Assembly (NCBI RefSeq): GCF_000010625.1
Contig: NC_010296.1
Span: forward strand, 210,001-242,000
From: Microcystis aeruginosa NIES-843
GTDB lineage: Bacteria; Cyanobacteriota; Cyanobacteriia; Cyanobacteriales; Microcystaceae
Length of the DNA stretch: 32,000 nucleotides
Direction: 5' to 3'
A program made the position numbers and the translations under genes. The notes beneath the pieces were generated by a model. The model was not told the origin of the DNA, searched no databases, and saw only the letters and a program-made list of their open reading frames with translations. Below are positions 24,893 through 32,000 of the stretch, in pieces. Position 1 is the stretch's first letter; the number at the start of each line of letters is the position of its first letter.

Positions 24893-26317
24893 GTGAATTG
24901 GTTAGTTGAAGCAAATGCTTGTCCCGGTTTGTTTTATGGAACTGCTGCCCAGGATGGGTTTTTAATTCGTCTCCGCACCCCCGGTGGATGGCTCAATTCT
25001 CAACAGGGAAAAGCGATCGCCACTTGGCTCGAACAATGGCAGACGACAATACAAGTTACCAATCGGGCAAATCTGCAAATTCGCGGACTGCAAAAATCCC
25101 CCACTTTAGAAGAATTTCAAACCCTGCAAAAATTAGGGTTAGCTGCCCATAATCCCAGTATCGATCATCTGCGTAATATCATGTCCAGTCCCACGGCTGG
25201 AATTGACTGCCAAGAATCGATCGATACTCGTCCATTAGTCCAAGAATTAGATAATTTTATCCAAAATTATCCATCAATTGCCGAACTAAGTCCTAAATTT
25301 AGTATCGGTATCGATGGCGGTGGTGCAGTGGGAATTGGCACTGGTTCAACTATGGACTGGCAACACCGCTATAACGAGATTCAGCTATCGGCAATTACCG
25401 TCAATAATCCGACAAATTTAACTTCTCTTGTTTGCTTTCGATTAGCCCTCGGAGGAGATAAACAATTCTATGACACGGACTTATTAATTGAGCCAGAAAA
25501 CTGTTTAGCTGTGGTGAAAGCTCTAGTAAAGGTTTATATCGATTATGTTCAACAAAACCCCAATATCAAGGGTAAAAAACCGAGGATGAAACACCTGCTT
25601 AAAGATTGGGGATTAGCAAAATATCTCGAACAAGTTAACTCTCAATTACATCGGACTTCTACCGGCATAATAAAAGGGCAAGAATACCGGCAGGCTGCCC
25701 ATTCTACTCAACCCTATTTTCATCTGGGAATTCATCCTCAAAAGCAACCCGGATTATCTTATATTGGTCTATCATTAAGATTAGGGCAATTGACGGCTAA
25801 TCAACTATGGGGATTAGCGACACTATCAGAAACTTTTGGCAGTGGTCAGTTACGATTAACCCCTTGGCAGACTGTTATATTACCCGATATTCCCGATGAA
25901 AAAGTGTCAGAATTGTTGCCAAAACTGGCATTCTTAGGATTATCCGCTTCTCTTGGATGGGATGCGGGGATAGTTGCCTGTAGCGGTAAACCGGGCTGTG
26001 CAGCGGCGGCCACTGCAACTCAAATTCATGCTTCTCTCTTGGCAGATTATTTGAAAGAACGCTTAACCTGCAATTCTCCTGTTAATATTCATTTGACAGG
26101 TTGTGCTAAATCCTGCGCTCAACCGGGTCCAGCCGAAATTACCCTTTTAGGAACCACCATCGAGGAAAATGGCCAAATACTAGAAGCTTATCAAGTCTAT
26201 GTGGGTGATAGTCAAAAATTCTTAGAAACACCTATATTTGAGGGAGAATTTACCAAGATTCCCCCCCTCATAGCCCAAATTTTAAGCTCCCAAAACTCGA
26301 AAATTTTAGATAAATAG
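24893..26317 (+). CDS. cobG: precorrin-3B synthase-like protein (nitrite/sulfite reductase ferredoxin-like fold)
   Basis: N-terminal ACPGLFY...DG.LIRLRTPGG, C-terminal Cys clusters (CSGKPGCAAA, LTGCAKSCAQP), about 470 aa, immediately upstream of cobH/cobI. GTG start. Confidence 0.65.
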   Translation: MNWLVEANACPGLFYGTAAQDGFLIRLRTPGGWLNSQQGKAIATWLEQWQTTIQVTNRANLQIRGLQKSPTLEEFQTLQKLGLAAHNPSIDHLRNIMSSPTAGIDCQESIDTRPLVQELDNFIQNYPSIAELSPKFSIGIDGGGAVGIGTGSTMDWQHRYNEIQLSAITVNNPTNLTSLVCFRLALGGDKQFYDTDLLIEPENCLAVVKALVKVYIDYVQQNPNIKGKKPRMKHLLKDWGLAKYLEQVNSQLHRTSTGIIKGQEYRQAAHSTQPYFHLGIHPQKQPGLSYIGLSLRLGQLTANQLWGLATLSETFGSGQLRLTPWQTVILPDIPDEKVSELLPKLAFLGLSASLGWDAGIVACSGKPGCAAAATATQIHASLLADYLKERLTCNSPVNIHLTGCAKSCAQPGPAEITLLGTTIEENGQILEAYQVYVGDSQKFLETPIFEGEFTKIPPLIAQILSSQNSKILDK

Positions 26318-26318
26318 A

Positions 26319-26945
26319 ATGGAATACATTAAGAATGGTGAGGAAATTTACCGCAAATCTTTTGCTATTATTCGGGCTGAAACTAACTGGGAAAATCTCC
26401 CCGATGATTTAGCTCCTGTGGCGGTTCGTCTAATTCATTCCTGTGGGATGACAGACATAACAAAAGATTTAGAAGCATCACCGGACGCGGTTAAAATCGG
26501 ACGAAATGCCCTCGCTGGGGGTGCAGCAATTCTCTGTGATTCTCAAATGGTCGCTAATGGCATTACCAAAGCGCGTTTACCTAAAGATAATCCGATTATT
26601 TGTACCCTCAATCATCCAGAAGTAACCGAGTTAGCACGGCAAATTAATAATACCCGCTCCGCTGCCGCTTTAGAACTTTGGCGACCTCATTTAGCTGGAG
26701 CAGTGGTGGCCATTGGTAATGCACCAACCGCACTTTTTCGCCTACTAGAATTGCTCGATCAAAATGTAGATAAACCGGCTTTGATTTTAGGCTTTCCCGT
26801 GGGATTTGTGGGAGCGGCAGAGTCGAAAATAGAATTAGCAACTAATAGTCGTGGCGTGCCATTTATTACCCTGCACGGACGTAGGGGAGGCAGCGCAATC
26901 GCAGCAGCAGCAGTCAATGCTTTAGCAAAAGAGAACGAATTATGA
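26319..26945 (+). CDS. cobH: precorrin-8X methylmutase
   Basis: 208 aa with the conserved VRLIHSCGM and GNAPTAL motifs. Confidence 0.9.
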   Translation: MEYIKNGEEIYRKSFAIIRAETNWENLPDDLAPVAVRLIHSCGMTDITKDLEASPDAVKIGRNALAGGAAILCDSQMVANGITKARLPKDNPIICTLNHPEVTELARQINNTRSAAALELWRPHLAGAVVAIGNAPTALFRLLELLDQNVDKPALILGFPVGFVGAAESKIELATNSRGVPFITLHGRRGGSAIAAAAVNALAKENEL

Positions 26946-27646
26946 ATAAATTAGGCAAACTTTATGGATTAGGAATCGGGCCCGGCGATCCCGAATTGTT
27001 GACGCTCAAAGCACACCGAATTCTCACAACTGTTCCGGTAATTGCTTATCCTACCTTAGAAAGTGGCAAAGTTTTGGCACGGGCAATTGTGTCGGATTTT
27101 ATCCGTCCCGAGCAGATAGAAATTCCCATGCCTTTACCTTTTAGTGTCGAGCGCAGTTCTCAACCTCATTATGATATTGCCGCCGAAAATATCGCCGAAC
27201 AGTTAAAATTAGGTCTAGATGTGGCGGTGCTATGTGTGGGCGATCCGATGTTGTATGGCACGTTTATGTATATTTTTAATCGCTTGTGTGATCGCTTTTC
27301 CATTGAAGTCGTGCCGGGTATTTCTTCAGTGATGGCAAGTGCAGCAATGCTGGGTGTACCTATCACTTATCGAAATGACGTATTTAGTATTATGCCCGCT
27401 ACTTTAGAGGCGGAAATATTGCGGGATCGCCTAGCCTTTATCGATGCAGCGGCGATTATTAAATTGGGCAGACATTTCGCTAAAGTTCGCAATATTCTCG
27501 AGGAATTAGGATTATTAGAACGCGCCCTCTACATCGAACGAGCAACCTTACCCAATCAGCAAATTATTCCGATTACAGAAGTCGATCCAGAGGCTGCTAC
27601 TTACTGGTCATTAATTCTGATTCCTAGTAAAACTAAACCTCAATAA
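26942..27646 (+). CDS. cobI: precorrin-2 C20-methyltransferase
   Basis: LYGLGIGPGDPELLTLKA N-terminus and GDPMLYGTF motif. 4-nt overlap with cobH. Confidence 0.9.
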   Translation: MNKLGKLYGLGIGPGDPELLTLKAHRILTTVPVIAYPTLESGKVLARAIVSDFIRPEQIEIPMPLPFSVERSSQPHYDIAAENIAEQLKLGLDVAVLCVGDPMLYGTFMYIFNRLCDRFSIEVVPGISSVMASAAMLGVPITYRNDVFSIMPATLEAEILRDRLAFIDAAAIIKLGRHFAKVRNILEELGLLERALYIERATLPNQQIIPITEVDPEAATYWSLILIPSKTKPQ

Positions 27647-27781
27647 CTCTATAGACACTAAGTTAAATCTTCTATCCCCTACCTGACAGAACCTATAGGG
27701 TTTAGATAATATTATGAAAATGTCTTTTCTTCGTTGCTTTTTTTGTTGCATAGGAGGCTATATACAGCGTTTCTCGGATTG

Positions 27782-27936
27782 ATAAGTAGGTAGGCGTTAA
27801 AAATTATCAGATGCCCCCCTTATCAAGGGGGGATTAAGGGGGGATCCCCCCGCCTATCGGCACCCCCCTTATCAAGGGGGGCAGGGGGGATCGAACCTAA
27901 AATCTATTTTTAATTTAATTATAACCAGCTACTTAA
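27782..27936. mobile_element. MITE-like element, copy C (inverted relative to copies A and B; two C6-TTATCAA-G6 palindromes)
   Basis: Its reverse complement is collinear with 5131-5236 (TIR, A/T-rich block, GATCCCCCCTGCCCCCC) and with 15089-15166 plus 16763-16800. Confidence 0.65.
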
Positions 27937-27983
27937 GGTAATCTATTTTATTCTCCGTTCTCTGTCACCTAAAAATAACTACC

Positions 27984-30641
27984 ATGTCCGATTCTCCTGA
28001 ATCTATCCGCAATACTAGCGTCAGCGATCAAGCTACTAATAATGATGCTCTCGGATTTGAGCCTTATGTAATAGCGATCGCTGAATTTTTGTTGCATCAG
28101 CAGACACAACCACCCCTAACTTTATCGGTTGAGGGAGAGTGGGGTAGTGGCAAGTCTTCTTTTATGAAAATGTTAGAGGAATATTTACGAAAAAAGGGAG
28201 GTCGGACGGTTTGGTTTAATGCTTGGCGACACGATAAGGCGGAGTCGGTATGGGCAGCCTTTGCGCTGTCTTTTATTAAGCAGATTTCTACGCCCAAAAA
28301 TTGGCGAGATTTGCCTCGAATTATCCTAGTACACTTTAAATTACAATTATTGCGTTTTAACTTAGAAAAAGGCTTGTTTGAATTAATTAAAGCTTTACCA
28401 GTAATAATTTTTGTGATTTGTGCCTCAATTGCCATTCCCTTTATTTTAATCGGTTATGGCGTTGAAGGAATTAACGAATTAATCAGAGCAACAACCTCTC
28501 AAGATGTTTTTTGGAGCAAAATTAATTCAGTTTTTAAATTATTATTTACTGCGGTCGGTGTCACCTTATCAGGAGCGGGGATTTTCGCTGGTATTAAGAG
28601 TTTATTGAGAAATTTTCAAAGGTTACTCCAAAACCCCAAAAACAACCTAATTAAATATATAGAAGCCCCAGATTATAAAAAACAATCGGCATTTGTAGAA
28701 GAATTTCATGAAGATTTTGCTAAAATTGTCGATGCCTATGTTGGCAATGATCGGGTATATGTATTTATTGACGATTTAGATCGTTGTGAACATCCAAAAT
28801 CAGCGGACTTGATGCAAGCGATTAATTTGATGATTGCTGATGATCCTTCAGTGGTGTTTATTTTAGGAATGGACAGAGAAAAAGTAGCCGCTAGTTTAGC
28901 GGTAAAATACGAAAACATTCTCAAGTATTTACCGTCGGAAACCACAGAAATTGATCCTGATATTTTAGCGAGACGTAGTGCTAATAAAGGGTTAGCTTAT
29001 GGTTATACCTTTATTGAAAAGTTTGTCCAGCTTCCCTTTTTAGTTCCCCAACCATCCCGGTCAGATTTTGAGCGTTTTTTGATTCAGCTTGCTACTTCAA
29101 CTCCTCCCAATTTACAGCCAGCTAAACCTCGTTTTACATTTTTTCAGTCATTCTGGGGTAAGTTTAAGTTAGCTTTACCCTGGAGAAATAATTCGCAAAA
29201 GCATCTCACTTCTGCAACAAGTAATCAGACAAGTGATTTAAAAAACTTGTCTCTAGATAATCCTTCGATAGAATCTGAACAAACCGAAAAAGAGAAAGCA
29301 CGAGCATCTGTAATTAAGCGATTAGAAGCGATTCAAGTCAACAAATCTGATAATAGAGATTCCCAAACAGTGCGGAATATCATTATGATGGTGGCTCCCG
29401 CATTGGATTACAATCCGCGACGGATTAAACACTTTATCAATGTCTTTCGTCTCAAGGTTTATATCGCTAATGAAACTGGTTTATTTTTTGAGGAGCGAGA
29501 TGAGAATGATAATTTGTTAGATCCTTCTTTGACTTTTGAACAGTTAGGTAAATTTACTGCCATTAGTTTAAAATGGCCATTGTTATTATCAGATTTAGAA
29601 AATGATAAGCGAATTTTAGCAAAACTAGAAGAATTTGCACTAGATGAAGAAAAAACCAAAGAATATGAAGAGTCGCTTCGCTATTGGGGTAGTCATATTA
29701 AGCTAAAAGCTTTAATGGCTTACGGTCATGACAAATTGGCAGCTAACTCTAAATTTAGCTTGGCAGAGGTAAATGTTGATAAATTATTACAAGTATCACC
29801 CAAGGTAATTCGGTTAGATAATGAGCCTATTCAACAAAAACAAATTTCCGATATTGAAATTATCCAAAAGATTACCTCATTGCCTCATATTAAAATTAGC
29901 CAAAATATTACCTCATTGCCTCCAGACTTTCACTTAGAAATGGTGGATATACCCGCCGGTAAATTTAACATGGGTTCTAATCAGTATGAAGATGAAAAAC
30001 CGATACATGAAGTAATTGTGCCAGCATTTCAGATAGGCAAATATCCCGTAACCCAAGCACAGTATCAAGCGGTGATGGGATATAATCCTTCGATAGCGGC
30101 ATATTATCCTTTAAAGTTTTCAGGAAATCCCCAGAACCCGGTAGAATCCATTAGTTGGTTTAATGCTCAAGCTTTTTGTGAAAACCTGAGCCAGTTAACT
30201 GGAAAAAACTACCGTTTGCCTACAGAAACAGAATGGGAATATGCCTGTCGCGCTGGTACAGAAACCCTATTTAGTTTTGGCGATGATAAAGATAAACTAG
30301 GAGATTATGCCTGGTTTCGTGCTAATTCAAATAATACAACCCATCCTGTTGGGGAAAAACAGCCTAATCCTTGGGGAATTTATGATATGCACGGCAATGT
30401 TTGGGAATGGTGTGCTGATGAATATCATGAAAGTTATGTTAATAAACCAGAAAATATTAAAGAAAATGGCAGTATTCCATGGTATGGTGGTTATTTAAGT
30501 ACCAAACCATCACTTCGTGGCGGCGCTTGTGACTCCTATCCCGGGCTTTGCCGTTCCGCATATCGCGGCGACAGCGATGTTCACGGCCAGGGACACGGTT
30601 TTCGTGTTGTGTGCGATCTCCCCCAATCAGTTAACAGTTAA
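27984..30641 (+). CDS. KAP-family P-loop NTPase (two inserted TM helices) fused to a C-terminal FGE-sulfatase/SUMF1-type domain
   Basis: Walker A GEWGSGKSSF. Hydrophobic helices at about aa 135-165 and 185-205. Walker B-like VYVFIDDLDRC. C-terminal motifs YPVTQAQY, SWFNAQAFC, RLPTETEWEYACRAG, NPWGIYDMHGNVWEWC, GFRVVC. Confidence 0.8.
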   Translation: MSDSPESIRNTSVSDQATNNDALGFEPYVIAIAEFLLHQQTQPPLTLSVEGEWGSGKSSFMKMLEEYLRKKGGRTVWFNAWRHDKAESVWAAFALSFIKQISTPKNWRDLPRIILVHFKLQLLRFNLEKGLFELIKALPVIIFVICASIAIPFILIGYGVEGINELIRATTSQDVFWSKINSVFKLLFTAVGVTLSGAGIFAGIKSLLRNFQRLLQNPKNNLIKYIEAPDYKKQSAFVEEFHEDFAKIVDAYVGNDRVYVFIDDLDRCEHPKSADLMQAINLMIADDPSVVFILGMDREKVAASLAVKYENILKYLPSETTEIDPDILARRSANKGLAYGYTFIEKFVQLPFLVPQPSRSDFERFLIQLATSTPPNLQPAKPRFTFFQSFWGKFKLALPWRNNSQKHLTSATSNQTSDLKNLSLDNPSIESEQTEKEKARASVIKRLEAIQVNKSDNRDSQTVRNIIMMVAPALDYNPRRIKHFINVFRLKVYIANETGLFFEERDENDNLLDPSLTFEQLGKFTAISLKWPLLLSDLENDKRILAKLEEFALDEEKTKEYEESLRYWGSHIKLKALMAYGHDKLAANSKFSLAEVNVDKLLQVSPKVIRLDNEPIQQKQISDIEIIQKITSLPHIKISQNITSLPPDFHLEMVDIPAGKFNMGSNQYEDEKPIHEVIVPAFQIGKYPVTQAQYQAVMGYNPSIAAYYPLKFSGNPQNPVESISWFNAQAFCENLSQLTGKNYRLPTETEWEYACRAGTETLFSFGDDKDKLGDYAWFRANSNNTTHPVGEKQPNPWGIYDMHGNVWEWCADEYHESYVNKPENIKENGSIPWYGGYLSTKPSLRGGACDSYPGLCRSAYRGDSDVHGQGHGFRVVCDLPQSVNS

Positions 30642-30693
30642 CAGTTAACTTTTATCAGTTGGGGGCCACTATTGGCGCAATAATATTATTGTA

Positions 30694-30714
30694 GGGGCGA
30701 ATTGCATTCGCCCT
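30694..30714. other. GC-rich hairpin GGGGCGAAT-TGC-ATTCGCCC(T), about 55 nt downstream of the KAP-FGE stop
   Basis: 8 perfect base pairs plus a G-T wobble, 3-nt loop, no strong T run after it. Confidence 0.4.
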
Positions 30715-30968
30715 CTTTGAATAACTTCTACTGCTCACCTATAGGTGAGGGAAAGTCACAAATAGGAGATGCAGCCGATAATTTTCTGGAAATATAGTCT
30801 TTAAACCCTTGTCTGGCAAAACTACAAGGAATGATAAGCAATGATTATCACACAAAGTCGAGGAGAGCCATAGGGGGAGCCTGAGAATGGAGATCGCTGT
30901 AGTTAGCCATCACCGCTTTTTATGGTTACTTTAATGTTAGAATCGAATCACTTCTTTTAGGTTTTGCT

Positions 30969-31208
30969 ATGCGTGCGATTGAAACCACTGGTATCCTCAA
31001 TACCCAGGGACAAATTCAACTTGATCATCCTATTCCCCAAGAAAAAGATCGGTTTGTACGCGTCATTCTTTTGATGTCGGAGGATGAACTGAACGAAAAA
31101 AACTGGCTAGATGCCGTTTCCCATAACCCTAGCTTTGCTTTTCTGCAAGATACCGAAGAAGATATTTATACCCTTAACGATGGACAACCTGTAACTAATG
31201 AAGGGTAA
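30969..31208 (+). CDS. putative antitoxin of the downstream MazF/PemK-like gene
   Basis: 79-aa ORF. Its stop overlaps the start of the toxin-like ORF (ATG at 31198). Assignment is by position and size only. Confidence 0.45.
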   Translation: MRAIETTGILNTQGQIQLDHPIPQEKDRFVRVILLMSEDELNEKNWLDAVSHNPSFAFLQDTEEDIYTLNDGQPVTNEG

Positions 31209-31755
31209 AATTGTATTAATTCAATTTCCCTTCGACGATTTATCTTCCAGTAAGGTTCGTCCTGCTTATTGCCTAACCAATCAAATTGGAGGCTATCAAC
31301 ACATTATCTTTGCCCTAATTAGGGTTTGCTGAAAAAGTTTTTCTTGGGGGCAGGGTGTGGGGTGTGGGGTGTGGGGTGTAGGGTTTTACCGATTTTGAAG
31401 GGGTCAATTACCTAATTTTCAGGGAAAAAGTCCCTGAATTTTCCCCCCGATCACTCCCATATCTGGTACTTTTTGATTGACAAAAACTCTAAAAGTCTTA
31501 ACCAACAAGGGTTTTACCATTATTCAGCCAGCCCTAATTACCAGTCGTATTCCAGAAAATCCCCTTCATACAGATATTATTCTGAGACCAGAAAGTCCAG
31601 ATTTTATGATCAGTGGTCTTCGCCAATCGTCAGCCATCAGACTTGATCATTTAGTAACACTTCGATCTTCACTGATTCAGCGTGAACTAGGCTCATTATC
31701 ATTAAAAACACAAACCTTAATTGTAGATATTTTGTCCGATATTCTACGTTCTTAA
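31198..31755 (+). pseudogene. MazF/PemK-family toxin gene split by a 219-bp MITE insertion
   Basis: N-terminal part 31198-31320 (MKGKIVLIQFPFDDLSSSKVRPAYCL...HIIFALI) and C-terminal part 31540-31755 (TSRIPENPLHTDIIL...SAIRLDHLVTL...) join in frame to a typical ~113-aa PemK-like protein once 31321-31539 is removed. Confidence 0.7.
31321..31539. mobile_element. MITE inserted in the mazF-like gene (ends TAGGGTTTGCTGAA / TTCAGCCAGCCCTA; GCCCTAATT present on both sides)
   Basis: Imperfect TIRs read directly. The 9-nt GCCCTAATT occurs at 31312-31320 and 31531-31539, so the TSD/TIR boundary is ambiguous. Contains a (GGGGTGT)n tract. Confidence 0.6.
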
Positions 31756-31913
31756 AAAAAATACAATCACTGATTTCTTCGGGGGCATTATTTAACGCAG
31801 TTTTTGGCTTTAAATTACGATAAATTTGTCTGTTATATACGTTACGCTATGCTAAGATATTCTACCGTTACTGCTACAATTGGCTCCAAAGACCACTATA
31901 ACCAACTAAAACC

Positions 31914-32000
31914 ATGACTCAAGCCACTTTTGCAGAAATACTAGAAGCAACTGAACAACTTCCCCCAGAAGATCAAGAACAACTTATTCACATTTTAAAA
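31914..32000 (+). CDS. 5' part of a small ORF running off the window (MTQATFAEILEATEQLPPEDQEQLIHILK...)
   Basis: Open from the ATG at 31914 to the window end. Resembles N-termini of small antitoxin-like cyanobacterial proteins, but too little sequence to call. Confidence 0.3.
   Translation, partial: MTQATFAEILEATEQLPPEDQEQLIHILK

Noticed and set aside
27714-27782. 22-aa Cys-rich mini-ORF (MKMSFLRCFFCCIGGYIQRFSD) between cobI and the MITE
   Set aside because: It has no SD and no recognisable family, and its end runs into the MITE terminus.
28097-29659. Minus-strand ORFs of 112, 69 and 66 aa inside the KAP-FGE gene
   Set aside because: They are antisense to a CDS with strong motif support and have no features of their own.
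30642-30968. Search for a DGR template repeat or reverse transcriptase near the candidate variable region
   Set aside because: I found nothing in this gap or elsewhere in the window resembling 30516-30617, and no RT-like ORF. The DGR idea therefore remains a hypothesis needing genome-wide data.

Overview
About 32 kb of a cyanobacterial chromosome, most likely Microcystis. This is suggested by many HIP1 GCGATCGC palindromes, heptamer/octamer short tandem repeat arrays, and repeated C6-TTGATAA-G6 palindromic MITE-like elements. Housekeeping genes: recF (3' part), rpiA, an RRM RNA-binding protein, nblA, a tandem-Usp protein, an arsR-acr3-arsH-arsC arsenic operon, an unlisted psb30/ycf12, two M16 peptidases, ppsA, and cobalamin genes (cobL on the minus strand; cobG-cobH-cobI on the plus strand behind a likely cobalamin riboswitch). 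Three accessory blocks interrupt them. (1) 14.9-21.4 kb holds an IS4-family IS with a 9-bp TSD inside a palindromic repeat, a NACHT-GUN4 STAND NTPase gene split by one in-frame TAA, a DUF559 endonuclease gene bracketed by inverted palindromic repeats, and an ISL3-family IS with an 8-bp TSD. (2) 22.7-24.7 kb holds three near-identical tandem genes (variable heptad coiled coil plus a PD-(D/E)XK-like C-terminus; the first is frameshifted) between cobL and the riboswitch. (3) 27.8-31.8 kb holds a membrane-inserted KAP P-loop NTPase fused to an FGE-sulfatase (C-lectin fold) domain, followed by an antitoxin/MazF-like pair whose toxin is split by a 219-bp MITE. The last ~100 nt of the KAP-FGE gene are sharply adenine-depleted, so it is a candidate DGR variable region, though no template repeat or reverse transcriptase lies in the window. 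All function calls rest on motif recognition by eye; no searches were run.
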